A stretch of 62,978 nt of DNA, filler included, from an uncultured Synergistales bacterium (lineage in GTDB: Bacteria; Synergistota; Synergistia; Synergistales; Aminobacteriaceae), in assembly GCA_937897575.1 (NCBI GenBank). It is 6 parts of 6 records of this genome, joined end to end, with 100 filler letters (N's around TTAATTAATTAA, not from the genome) between each part and the next. Parts side by side here need not be neighbours in the genome. Positions count along the whole stretch, not along the records: positions 45,938 to 56,566 come from CALCQG010000055.1; positions 56,667 to 60,408 come from CALCQG010000062.1; 4 more parts are not named here. One strand, 5' to 3'. A model generated the notes under the pieces. The model saw nothing but the letters and a program-made list of their open reading frames with translations. It had not been told where the DNA came from and did not search any database. Numbering within the stretch: the first letter of the stretch is position 1; each line of letters starts with the position of its first letter. Shown here one piece after another: positions 47,437-56,711 of the stretch. The translations under genes were made by a program, and so were the position numbers.

Positions 47437-47544
47437 CCTTGCCACTCCTCTCCGTCTATCGGTCTGCACGGCGTGAAGATGATACAATACCGTGTATGCT
47501 CATTCTAGCATTCAATCCACAGAGAATGCAGGCTGGAGGATCAT

Positions 47545-48066
47545 ATGAGACCTTCTCTCGGTGTGATCGCCGATACCCATGGTGATGGAGCGGCGTGGGA
47601 AAAGGCGTGCCGCGTATGGGGCCCGGTGAGCGGCATTCTCCACTGCGGCGACGTCCTTTCAGCGGAGCCGTCGGATCTGGTGGAGAAAATACGACGTGCC
47701 GGGTGCCCGGTGCTCATCGTCCGGGGAAACTGCGACACGAGGCGGACGGAAGAGCGCCTCGGCCTCCCGCTCCTGTCCCCCTACGCCGTGATCTGGTGGT
47801 ACGACAAACTCGTGCTCATGGGGCACGGCGATCGCTTTCCCTATCTGAGGCAGCTCGGCTTGGCGTGGCGCGCTCATGTGGTGATCACCGGCCATACTCA
47901 TGTGGGCTCCGTTGTCCGGGAAGAGGGCACCATTTTTCTGAACCCAGGCTCCGCGTCGCTCCCCAGAGGGCGTGATCCCGCAAGTGCTGCGCGCATTGAC
48001 GGAGAGGGGATACGAATTTTCACCGTCGCGAGCGACGAAACGCTTCATTGGGAACCCTGGCAATGA
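47545..48066 (+). CDS. yfcE: YfcE/MJ0936-family metallophosphoesterase
   Basis: IADTHG, HCGD, VRGNCD, GHTH, NPGSASLPR. Confidence 0.85.
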   Translation: MRPSLGVIADTHGDGAAWEKACRVWGPVSGILHCGDVLSAEPSDLVEKIRRAGCPVLIVRGNCDTRRTEERLGLPLLSPYAVIWWYDKLVLMGHGDRFPYLRQLGLAWRAHVVITGHTHVGSVVREEGTIFLNPGSASLPRGRDPASAARIDGEGIRIFTVASDETLHWEPWQ

Positions 48067-48102
48067 ATTCACCGCAGTCTTTCTGTCCGAGGAGCGACGT
48101 CG

Positions 48103-48924
48103 ATGCCGCGCATTGACCTGCATCTCCACAGCACCTGGTCCGACGGAACCCTGACGCCCGACGAGCTCGTGCAGCGCGCCCGGAAAAGAGGCGTTTCCGT
48201 CATGGCCTTGTGCGACCACGACACCATGGACGGCGTCCCCGCCTTTCTTGCGTCCTGCAGAAAACACAGCATCCGGGGCATCGCGGGCATCGAGCTCTCG
48301 GCGCAATACCCTAAAGAGATGCATATCCTGGGGTACCGCCTGCGGCCATCGGACGAGGCGTTCGAACGTTTCCTCGAGACCATACGGAGAGGCCGGACGG
48401 AACGAAATGAGGCCATGTGCGCCAGACTGCGGTCGCTGGGCGTCCGGATCACCATGGAGGACCTCGCCGAAGAGGCGGGAGGCGAACTGATCGCCCGTCC
48501 CCACATGGCTCGCGTCATGGTCAGCAAAGGCTATGTGCCGGATGCCAAGACCGCCTTCATGCGGTACATCGGTTCTTCTTCGCCCGCCTATGTCGAACGG
48601 TACCGTCCGTCCCCGGGAGAGTGCATCGGAGCTATCCGATGTGCCGGGGGCGTTGCGGTGCTGGCGCACCCCTTCCATACGGCGGATAGAGTCGACGAGA
48701 TCAGGAAAATTCTTGCGGGTCTTAAGGAACTTGGCCTCTGGGGCGTGGAGTGCCTCTCCTCCCATCACAGCGCGGAACAATCCTTTCAGCTGCTCTCCGC
48801 GGCAAAGGACCTCGGACTCTACACGACGGCGGGGAGCGACTTTCACGAGGAGGGTGTACCGGACATTGGGGTGGACGTCTCGGAGGATTTCCTTCCGTGG
48901 GCGAGGCTTGGGGTTGCTCTGTAA
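48103..48924 (+). CDS. PHP domain protein (TrpH/YciV-like)
   Basis: DLHLHSTWSDG, CDHDT, HILGY, LAHP, GSDFH. Confidence 0.9.
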   Translation: MPRIDLHLHSTWSDGTLTPDELVQRARKRGVSVMALCDHDTMDGVPAFLASCRKHSIRGIAGIELSAQYPKEMHILGYRLRPSDEAFERFLETIRRGRTERNEAMCARLRSLGVRITMEDLAEEAGGELIARPHMARVMVSKGYVPDAKTAFMRYIGSSSPAYVERYRPSPGECIGAIRCAGGVAVLAHPFHTADRVDEIRKILAGLKELGLWGVECLSSHHSAEQSFQLLSAAKDLGLYTTAGSDFHEEGVPDIGVDVSEDFLPWARLGVAL

Positions 48925-49018
48925 GGAGCGCGGGCCGTCGTCCGTCCGCCGATTTGATGGTATCATATCGACATCCCGGCTACGGATTTGCAACGGGTCT
49001 GGGGAATGGAGGGATACT

Positions 49019-50047
49019 ATGTCACCGATCGATCTGAGAAGCGACACTGTGACTCGCCCGTCGCCTGCGATGCGACAGGCGATGGCTGAAGCCGTGGTAG
49101 GGGACGACGTCTACGGGGACGATCCCACGGTGCGTCGTCTCGAAAGAAAGGCCGCCGAACTGCTCGGCAAAGAGGCCGCACTCTACCTGACCTCGGGGAC
49201 GATGGGGAACCTTGTGGCCCTTCTGACCCACTGCACGCGAGGGGATGCCGCCATCCTCGGAGCGAACTCCCATATCTTGAACTACGAGGGGGGCGGGCTC
49301 TCCGCCCTTGGGGGAATCCTGGCGATCGCGGCGGACGACTCGACGGGGGTCATCGACCCGGAGGATGTCCGACACCATTGCCGGCCGCCCAATGTGCATT
49401 TCGCTCCGGCAAAGCTGCTCTGCCTGGAGAATACGCACAACCGGTGCGGCGGATTGGCGCTCTCCCCCGAGCAGATGGCTCCCGCCGCCTCTGCGGCGCA
49501 GGAACAGGGGCTCGCCGTCCATCTGGACGGTGCGCGCCTCTTCAACGCGGCGGTGGCGTGGGGCAGACAGGCAAAGGAGTACGGAGCCCTGGTGGACTCC
49601 GTGCAGATATGCCTCTCGAAGGGGCTCGGAGCGCCGATGGGCAGCTTGTTATGCGGTACAGACGAGTTTGTGGACAGGGCCAGATTTTGGCGGAAGAGGG
49701 TCGGCGGCGGACTCCGTCAGGCGGGCGTCGTGGCGGCGGCGGGACTCTATGCGCTTGAACACAATATCGAACGACTCCGCATGGACCATGAGCTTGCCGT
49801 CCTTCTCGCCGCAGCCCTCGGAAAGGGTGGCCTCGCCGTCGAGGAAAACCCGAAGGGGACGAACATGATCTACTTTGCGGTCCCGGCGGCGAAGACGGAT
49901 GCCCTGTGCCACCGGTGCGCCCAGCGAGGGGTGCTCATCAGTGCGGCCGCACCCGGACGCATACGCCTCGTCACACACTGCGACATATCGAAAGAGGGGG
50001 CCGAAGAGGCCGGGCAGATCCTCCTCGAGGAGGCTCGAGCTTTGTGA
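49019..50047 (+). CDS. ltaE: Low-specificity L-threonine aldolase
   Basis: IDLRSDTVT, GDDVYGDDP, HLDGARLFNA, CLSKGLGAP. Confidence 0.94.
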   Translation: MSPIDLRSDTVTRPSPAMRQAMAEAVVGDDVYGDDPTVRRLERKAAELLGKEAALYLTSGTMGNLVALLTHCTRGDAAILGANSHILNYEGGGLSALGGILAIAADDSTGVIDPEDVRHHCRPPNVHFAPAKLLCLENTHNRCGGLALSPEQMAPAASAAQEQGLAVHLDGARLFNAAVAWGRQAKEYGALVDSVQICLSKGLGAPMGSLLCGTDEFVDRARFWRKRVGGGLRQAGVVAAAGLYALEHNIERLRMDHELAVLLAAALGKGGLAVEENPKGTNMIYFAVPAAKTDALCHRCAQRGVLISAAAPGRIRLVTHCDISKEGAEEAGQILLEEARAL

Positions 50048-51408
50048 GGAACGCTCCGGAGCGGACGAGGGTCGAGGAAGCGGCCTCGTTCCTGATGGCG
50101 CGAGCCGGGCACAAAGGGGCTGCAGGTGCCGATGTGGTCTACCGCTTTTCCACGGGGCACTCGGTCTCCCTTCACGACGGGCAACCTGAGGAGAACCTGT
50201 CGGGGTTTTCCTTTGGCATCGGGCTGCGCACGCTGGACAAAGTGGGGCGACAGGGCATCGCGCACGGCAACGATCTCGACCGTCGATCCCTTGAGGATAT
50301 CGTCGATTGGAGCCTCAACAACTGTGCGTCCGCGGAACCGGATGAAAATGTCTTTCTCGGCGAGCCGCCCTTTGCCGGCGGCGACGATCTCGAGCTCTGG
50401 GATCGTCGGATAGGCGAGGACCTTTCGGCCGACGAGCGGCGCACACTGTGTGAGGAGATGCATCGCGAGGCGCTCGCCGCCGATGGAAGGGTCACCTCCG
50501 TTCGGAGTGCTTCCTGGTCGGACGGGGCGGGAGAAACGTACTACGCGTCGACCGCCGGGGCCTCGGCATGGGCTGCCGGCACGACGGGCGGGTGCGGCGT
50601 CTCCGTCGTCATGGAGAGCGGCGAGGCGATCGAAATGGGCGGATATGGGGATGAGTCCCGCTGGCTCTCCAGCCTCTCCCCCGTCTCCATCGCGAAAGAG
50701 GCCGTCCGGAGAACGGGGCTGATCCTCGGCGGCCGGCCCTGGCCGACGGGGCGATATGATCTCGTCCTGGACGGCCAGTCGGCCTCCTCGATCGTCGATG
50801 TGCTGGGCGAGCTTTTTCTTGCGTCCAACGTCCACAAGGGTCGATCCTTCTTCGCCGAGTCCATGGGACAGGCGGTGGGGTCCGACATGATCACCCTCGT
50901 CGACGACGGCCTTCTTCCCAGAGGCCTTGCCTCGTCCCCATTCGACGGCGAGGGGATGGCGCGGCGAAAGACCTGTCTCATGCGGAACGGAGTTGTGGAG
51001 CACTGGCTCTACAACCTCCGGTACGCCGCCATCGACGGTGTCCCCACGACGGGGAACGCAAGCCGGGGGATCTCGGGAACGCCGGATGTTTCATGCTCGA
51101 ACCTGGCTCTTCTTCCGGGGGCATGGACGGTTCAGGACCTCGTGCTCCAGGTTGGCAGAGGGATCTACATAACGGAACTGCTCGGGCTTCATACGATCAA
51201 TCCGGTCAGCGGGGACTTCTCCCTGGGCATCAAAGGAGCGGAGATCTGTGGCGGAGAGTTTGGAGGTGCTGTCTCCGGGATGACGATTGCAGGAAATATG
51301 AAGGATGTCCTGAAGTCCATCGATCTGGTGGGCAATGACTTTAAATACTACGGGGAGATCGGTTCTCCCTCGCTGGTGATTCGAGATGTGGCTGCGGCAG
51401 GCGTGTAG
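50044..51408 (+). CDS. pmbA: TldE/PmbA family protein
   Basis: PFDGEG, TTGNA, NPVSGDFS, TIAGN; no HExxH. Confidence 0.85.
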   Translation: MRNAPERTRVEEAASFLMARAGHKGAAGADVVYRFSTGHSVSLHDGQPEENLSGFSFGIGLRTLDKVGRQGIAHGNDLDRRSLEDIVDWSLNNCASAEPDENVFLGEPPFAGGDDLELWDRRIGEDLSADERRTLCEEMHREALAADGRVTSVRSASWSDGAGETYYASTAGASAWAAGTTGGCGVSVVMESGEAIEMGGYGDESRWLSSLSPVSIAKEAVRRTGLILGGRPWPTGRYDLVLDGQSASSIVDVLGELFLASNVHKGRSFFAESMGQAVGSDMITLVDDGLLPRGLASSPFDGEGMARRKTCLMRNGVVEHWLYNLRYAAIDGVPTTGNASRGISGTPDVSCSNLALLPGAWTVQDLVLQVGRGIYITELLGLHTINPVSGDFSLGIKGAEICGGEFGGAVSGMTIAGNMKDVLKSIDLVGNDFKYYGEIGSPSLVIRDVAAAGV

Positions 51409-52978
51409 CGTTCTGCTCGCCCTCATCGTCCTGTTCGCCGCCGCTCCGGTGTCGGCGGAGGGGCAACTTGCCCTGTACAGGGATGGCCAGATCATCGGAA
51501 CTCTTTCCACCGTGGAGAGGGGATCCCACACCATGGTCGACGCCGGCGCGATGGCCAAACTCCTCGGAGCCCAGTCGTCGGAGAAGAACGACACCCTCGT
51601 CATCATGCACGGGAGGAGCAAGCTGCAGCTCGTATTAAACGCCGCCGCCGCCTGGCTGGGCGTGGAGCTTCTGCCCATGGCCTCTCCGGCTGTGAAGGAA
51701 GGAGACGCGTGGCTCCTGGACAGCCGCTCGGCGCTCAAGCTGTTCAACGGGCTGCTCGAGCGGGGCGGGAGCACCCCGTCCCTTCAATGGAAGGAGAGCG
51801 CGGCCGACGCCGGATCTCCCATCCCGCCCGCCGGTACGAAGCCGCCTACGGCGACTCAGCCCCCCAAGGCTGAGGAGCGACCCACCCCCTTGCCCAAAGG
51901 GGGCTCCTCCGCGGCGTCGCTGCCCGTCCTCAGAGCCCTGCGCTGGGGGGGCGACGATGGAACATACCGTGTCGTCTTCGACCTTTCCGGCCCAGGGGAA
52001 CCGATAATTCAACGGAGTGCGGGAAAATTCTCGCTTCAGTTCGCTCTCCCCGCCCCCGCCACCCCCTTCGAGTCGCCTGCGGATGAGATTGAGATCACTG
52101 CCACCACCTCGGACGATCGGCTGACCGTGGAGCTCGCATCCTCACTTCCTCTGAAGGAGGTCATTACCCTCGAAGGGCCGCGGAGGATCGTTCTGGACTA
52201 CGTCAGGGCCAGTACCTCCACGCCCGATCCCGCGCCTCGCGGTGAAGAACCCCCAAGGACGCCCGGGAAGGAGACGCGTACGGCGCCCAAACGCAACACG
52301 AAGCGCATCGTGGTCATAGACCCCGGGCACGGCGGCAAGGACCCGGGAGCTGTGGCAAACGGCATCCGCGAGAAAGACATCAACCTCGCCGTGAGCAAAT
52401 ATCTTCTGCAACGCCTGGAGAAGATGGGGTACGACGCCCGGCTCACCAGAAGCACCGATGTCTACCTGACCCTGCAGGAACGCACGGACCTCGCCCACGA
52501 GTGGAATGCCGACGCTTTCGTGAGCATGCACGTGAACGCCCTGCCGCCCGGCCGGCATGCAACGGGCATGGAGATCTATCTCATGGCTTTGCCTACGGAC
52601 AAGGACGCCATGCAGCTCGCCAAGATAGAGAACGCCGAACTGGCCGAGGGCAATGGGGATGCGGCGAAGGCCGCCGATAAAAGAACGCAGACGCTGCTCA
52701 ACATCCTGGGGAATATGCAGCAGAACGCAAAGATAACGGAGAGCACGGACTTCGCCGAATATCTCTTCAACGCGGGAAAGGGCGGAGGAATTCAGATGCG
52801 GCGCGTCGCCCAAGCGCCTTTCTTCGTCCTTCGCGGCGCCTCCATGCCGGCCGTCCTCGTCGAGATGGGCTTCCTGACGGAAAAGAAAGAGGCAAGGCTG
52901 CTTGCCGCAAAGGCATATCAGGAGAGGATGGCGACAGCCATCGCCGCAGGCATCGAGAAATATCTGACGAATAACTGA
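51386..52978 (+). CDS. N-acetylmuramoyl-L-alanine amidase (AMIN plus Amidase_3)
   Basis: Signal peptide, RVVFDL and PRRIVLD AMIN motifs, IDPGHGGKDPGA, EKDINL, SMHVN, VLVEMGF. Confidence 0.92.
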   Translation: MWLRQACSVLLALIVLFAAAPVSAEGQLALYRDGQIIGTLSTVERGSHTMVDAGAMAKLLGAQSSEKNDTLVIMHGRSKLQLVLNAAAAWLGVELLPMASPAVKEGDAWLLDSRSALKLFNGLLERGGSTPSLQWKESAADAGSPIPPAGTKPPTATQPPKAEERPTPLPKGGSSAASLPVLRALRWGGDDGTYRVVFDLSGPGEPIIQRSAGKFSLQFALPAPATPFESPADEIEITATTSDDRLTVELASSLPLKEVITLEGPRRIVLDYVRASTSTPDPAPRGEEPPRTPGKETRTAPKRNTKRIVVIDPGHGGKDPGAVANGIREKDINLAVSKYLLQRLEKMGYDARLTRSTDVYLTLQERTDLAHEWNADAFVSMHVNALPPGRHATGMEIYLMALPTDKDAMQLAKIENAELAEGNGDAAKAADKRTQTLLNILGNMQQNAKITESTDFAEYLFNAGKGGGIQMRRVAQAPFFVLRGASMPAVLVEMGFLTEKKEARLLAAKAYQERMATAIAAGIEKYLTNN

Positions 52979-53005
52979 CGGGATTGCCCGGCAAGGAGGA
53001 GCACA

Positions 53006-53740
53006 ATGACGCGAAACTATGACGACGAATACGACGACCGTTTCGAGGTGCGGGATGAACGCCCGTACACCATGGAGGACCCACTGCCCGACCCCGTTGA
53101 GCGTCCTCAGTACAGACGGCGAAGCGGCGCGAGAGAGGCCGAAGGCGTCAAAAAAGCGCCCCTGCCCTTCAGAATAGCGGCCTGGATCGGCGTCATAGCC
53201 TTCTGTTTCATCGCAGGGTACATCGGGACATCCCTCGCCCTTCGGCTCCTCAACAGGAAGGACATTCTCCTCCGTGAGGACGTTGCGGGGAACAGAGAAC
53301 AGGCGGGACAGGTCATGGCGGAGGGGGACTCCGAGATCCGTCTGAACGTGCGGAAGGTGTCCTTTACGGTCTACTACCCCGAAAAGGGCGCCATCATCTC
53401 GGAGCGGCTGGATGTTCTTTCGGGGATCATGGAGGACGATATCCACACCGTGCTGAACAGGGTGTTCGCCCTTGCGCAGGAGAAACTTCCGGCCGATGTG
53501 AAGCTGCTCAACACCTTCCGTTCGGGGGACACTCTTTTCCTCAACTTCACGTCGTCCTTCGTGCCCGCCCTCACCAAGATCGGGGGGGAGGAGAGCGCAC
53601 TCCTGATCACCTCCATGGTGCAGACCATGAAGGAGAACTTTTCACCCATCACGAAGGTCCGGTTCCTTGTGGACGGCAAGACCGTCCGAAAGGGCGCGCC
53701 GGTGGACCTGAGCGTTCCATGGCAGCTGCCTCAGGGCTAG
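53006..53740 (+). CDS. GerMN domain membrane protein
   Basis: TM; LPADVKLL..LFLNFT..ITKVRFLVDG; gerM-rph synteny. Confidence 0.75.
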   Translation: MTRNYDDEYDDRFEVRDERPYTMEDPLPDPVERPQYRRRSGAREAEGVKKAPLPFRIAAWIGVIAFCFIAGYIGTSLALRLLNRKDILLREDVAGNREQAGQVMAEGDSEIRLNVRKVSFTVYYPEKGAIISERLDVLSGIMEDDIHTVLNRVFALAQEKLPADVKLLNTFRSGDTLFLNFTSSFVPALTKIGGEESALLITSMVQTMKENFSPITKVRFLVDGKTVRKGAPVDLSVPWQLPQG

Positions 53741-53744
53741 GACG

Positions 53745-54488
53745 ATGACCCGGACAGACGGCAGAGCCTGCGACGAAATCCGGCCCGTATCTTTCGAGCG
53801 GGGGTATACAAGGTACGCCGAAGGCTCGGTCCTGTCGACTTTCGGGAACACGAAAGTCCTCTGCACAGCCACCGTGGAGGACAGAGTTCCGCCCTTTCTG
53901 AAGGGGACGGGGAGCGGCTGGGTCACTGCGGAATATGCCATGCTTCCGCGAGCCACATCCACGCGGACGGCACGCAGCACGCGGCAAGGTGGACAGGACG
54001 GGCGGAGCATGGAGATCCAGCGTCTCGTCGGGCGGGTACTTCGTTCCTGTGTCGTCCTCGACGCCCTGGGCGAGCGGACGATCACCCTCGACTGCGATGT
54101 GATTCAAGCGGACGGAGGAACACGGACCGCCGCTGTCAGCGGAAGTTTTGTCGCCCTGGTCGATGCGCTCCGCACGATGCGCGACAGAGGGATATTTCCC
54201 CACCTTCCGATCAGATTTCTCGTCTCGGCGGTGAGCGTGGGCAAGGTCCAGGGGATCGCCATGGTCGACCTGTGCTATGAGGAGGACAGCATAGCCGAGG
54301 TGGACATGAACCTGGTCATGAACCACAACGGAGACTATATAGAGGTCCAGGGGACGGGCGAAAAAAACATCTTCACCCCCGTCGACCTTCAGGTTCTCCT
54401 CGCCCTCGGACTGTCGGGCACGGTCGCCATAACGGCCCTTCAAAGAGAGGCGCTGGGTTTCGTGAAGGGGGAGCTGCCCGATCTTTAA
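53745..54488 (+). CDS. rph: Ribonuclease PH
   Basis: GWVTAEYAMLP, EIQRLVGR, DCDVIQADGGTRTA, EVQGTGE. Confidence 0.97.
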   Translation: MTRTDGRACDEIRPVSFERGYTRYAEGSVLSTFGNTKVLCTATVEDRVPPFLKGTGSGWVTAEYAMLPRATSTRTARSTRQGGQDGRSMEIQRLVGRVLRSCVVLDALGERTITLDCDVIQADGGTRTAAVSGSFVALVDALRTMRDRGIFPHLPIRFLVSAVSVGKVQGIAMVDLCYEEDSIAEVDMNLVMNHNGDYIEVQGTGEKNIFTPVDLQVLLALGLSGTVAITALQREALGFVKGELPDL

Positions 54489-55074
54489 AACACTGCTCTT
54501 CGCCAGCGGAAACAGACACAAATTCATCGAAGTGGAGGCCCTCTTCAAACCGTCAGGTCTTTCCGTGCTCTTCGCCCCCGATATTTCATCGTCCTTCGAC
54601 GTGGACGAAACGGGCGGCAGCTACGCATCGAATGCGCTCCTGAAGGCGAAGGCATGGGGGCTTCGCATGGGGATGGCGGCCCTCGCGGACGACAGCGGTC
54701 TCGAAGTTTCCGCCCTGGAGAACGCCCCCGGTATCTATTCGTCCCGGGTGGCCGCCTCCGACCCCCTCAGAATCAGATGGCTTCTCGACGCGATGAAGGC
54801 GGTATCCGATCGGTCGGCTCGCTACGTCGCCGCCTTCGCCCTCTCTGTGCCCGGCGAAGAGGTGTGCATCGTCACGGAGGGGGAGTGCCGCGGATGCATC
54901 GCCGAGGAGCCGAGGGGAGAAGGGGGATTCGGCTACGATCCTGTCTTCATCCCGTGCGGGTACGACAAGACCTTCGGGGAACTTCCGGCGGACGTCAAAA
55001 GAGCCCTGTCCCATCGGACAATCGCGGGATATCGAATGATGGATATCCTTTCACGGAAATCTATGCTAGAATAA
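54481..55074 (+). CDS. rdgB: Non-canonical purine NTP pyrophosphatase (no canonical start before its N-terminal motif)
   Basis: LLFASGNRHK, ETGGSY..NALLKA, ADDSGL, PGIYSSR, GFGYDPVF, SHR. Confidence 0.9.
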   Translation: MFKTLLFASGNRHKFIEVEALFKPSGLSVLFAPDISSSFDVDETGGSYASNALLKAKAWGLRMGMAALADDSGLEVSALENAPGIYSSRVAASDPLRIRWLLDAMKAVSDRSARYVAAFALSVPGEEVCIVTEGECRGCIAEEPRGEGGFGYDPVFIPCGYDKTFGELPADVKRALSHRTIAGYRMMDILSRKSMLE

Positions 55075-55107
55075 CTCTTTGTCCGACTTCGGTCTTTATT
55101 TGAGGAG

Positions 55108-55344
55108 GTGCGCAAAATACGAACTTTCATCAGCATCGTTCATATTCTTCTCTGCTTTGCTCTCTCAGGCGTTGTCCTCCTGCAGCAACGTAAGCAGGGA
55201 GGGTTTTCCGGAATTTTCGGAGGAGGTACCCAGGCCGACCTGGGCGCCAACCAGTGGCAACGCTTCAGCAGCCTGACGAAGATCACCGTCGTGCTCACCA
55301 CCGCCTTCATCCTGACGTCCATCGTCCTGATACTGTACCGGTAA
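55108..55344 (+). CDS. secG: Preprotein translocase subunit SecG (start GTG 55108 or ATA 55117)
   Basis: VLLQ..GGFSGIFGGG..LTKIT; two TM helices. Confidence 0.92.
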   Translation: MRKIRTFISIVHILLCFALSGVVLLQQRKQGGFSGIFGGGTQADLGANQWQRFSSLTKITVVLTTAFILTSIVLILYR

Positions 55345-55355
55345 CGAGCGCGCTC

Positions 55356-56387
55356 ATGGACTCGTTCAAAGACATTCAGGAATTGCAGGTCGGCACGCAG
55401 AGACTTTTCTCCGCCACCCACGAGGAGATCCTCGACGGGGTGACGACAGATGTCTATTTCGTGAAAACCCGCGATGTGCTCCGGCACGCCGGGAAATTAT
55501 CGACCCCTGTAACTGCTGAAATCTTTGCCCGCAAGCCGGGGATATTTGCGGGGCTTCCCGAGGTCCTCGAGGTGCTGAGAAACCGGCCTCTTTTCATAGA
55601 AGCCCTGCCCGAAGGCACACCCTTCCAGCCGAAGGAGGTCGTCGTAAGAATACGAGGTTCCTACGACGTCTTTGGAATGTATGAGACGGTCCTCCTCGGC
55701 ATGCTCGCCAGCGCGTCCGCATGGGCAACGGCGGCGAAGGAGTGCGTCGACGCTGCGGAGGGCAAGCCGGTCCTCTGTTTCGGGGCCCGCCATGTTCATC
55801 CGGCTATCGCTCCGGTGATGGAGCGAACGGCCGTCGCGGTCGGCGGCTGTACGGGAGCGAGCTGCATACTGGGTGCCAAACTTGCCGGAAGAGAGCCCAT
55901 GGGGACGGTTCCTCACGCTGCCGCCCTCATCATTGGCGATACCGTCGATCTCGCATGGGCCTATGACGGGGCGATGCCGGCCGATGACGCGCGGGCCGTT
56001 CTCGTCGACACGTTCAAGGACGAAGCGGAGGAGAGCCTGAGGGTCGCGCGAGCTCTTGGAAAAAAACTGGCCGCTATACGGCTCGACACTCCGGGAGAGC
56101 GAGGCGGCGTGACAGCCGACCTCGTCCGGGAGGTACGGCAACGCCTCGATATGGAGGGCTACAATCACGTGAAGATCATCGTGTCGGGCGGTCTCTCCCC
56201 CGATCGGATCCGGGATCTGGCCCAGGCTGGTGCCGATTCCTTCGGTGTAGGAAGCTATATCTCCCACGCCAAACCCATCGACATGACGATGGATCTCAAG
56301 GAGATCGACGGACGCCCCTACGCGAAGCGTGGGCGGATTCCGGGCATCACGCCGAACCCCAGACTCGTCGTGATGCAGGAAGGATAG
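55356..56387 (+). CDS. pncB: Nicotinate phosphoribosyltransferase (short type)
   Basis: TTDVYF, FGARH, GTVPHA, LVDTF, RLDTP, VSGG, FGVG. Confidence 0.85.
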   Translation: MDSFKDIQELQVGTQRLFSATHEEILDGVTTDVYFVKTRDVLRHAGKLSTPVTAEIFARKPGIFAGLPEVLEVLRNRPLFIEALPEGTPFQPKEVVVRIRGSYDVFGMYETVLLGMLASASAWATAAKECVDAAEGKPVLCFGARHVHPAIAPVMERTAVAVGGCTGASCILGAKLAGREPMGTVPHAAALIIGDTVDLAWAYDGAMPADDARAVLVDTFKDEAEESLRVARALGKKLAAIRLDTPGERGGVTADLVREVRQRLDMEGYNHVKIIVSGGLSPDRIRDLAQAGADSFGVGSYISHAKPIDMTMDLKEIDGRPYAKRGRIPGITPNPRLVVMQEG

Positions 56388-56566
56388 CACGGAGACATTC
56401 CTGCCCCAGTGCGTATGAGATCCCGGAGGCCCTGCCACCCTCCGGTGATGCCAAACCGACGCGTTGCGGGCGAGATGTGCGCATACAGAAGAGCGAAAAT
56501 CATGACCCTGTACAGATCAGGACGAGGAGGCAGTTTTATGACGGATACGCGATCGTATATGGCCAC

Positions 56567-56666
56567 NNNNNNNNNNNNNNNNNNNNNNNNNNNNNNNNNN
56601 NNNNNNNNNNTTAATTAATTAANNNNNNNNNNNNNNNNNNNNNNNNNNNNNNNNNNNNNNNNNNNN
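56567..56666. other. Artificial contig linker
   Basis: N44-TTAATTAATTAA-N44. Confidence 0.98.
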
Positions 56667-56711
56667 GGATCGGTCAGCTGGAGGAGGAGTACCAGACGCT
56701 CAGAGTCAAGC

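Noticed and set aside
56390..56537. Possible riboswitch after pncB (CCGGAGG..CCTCCGG hairpin) ahead of a truncated ORF starting at 56538
   Set aside because: No match I can support to SAM, cobalamin, TPP or other known aptamer consensus; the downstream gene is cut by the gap
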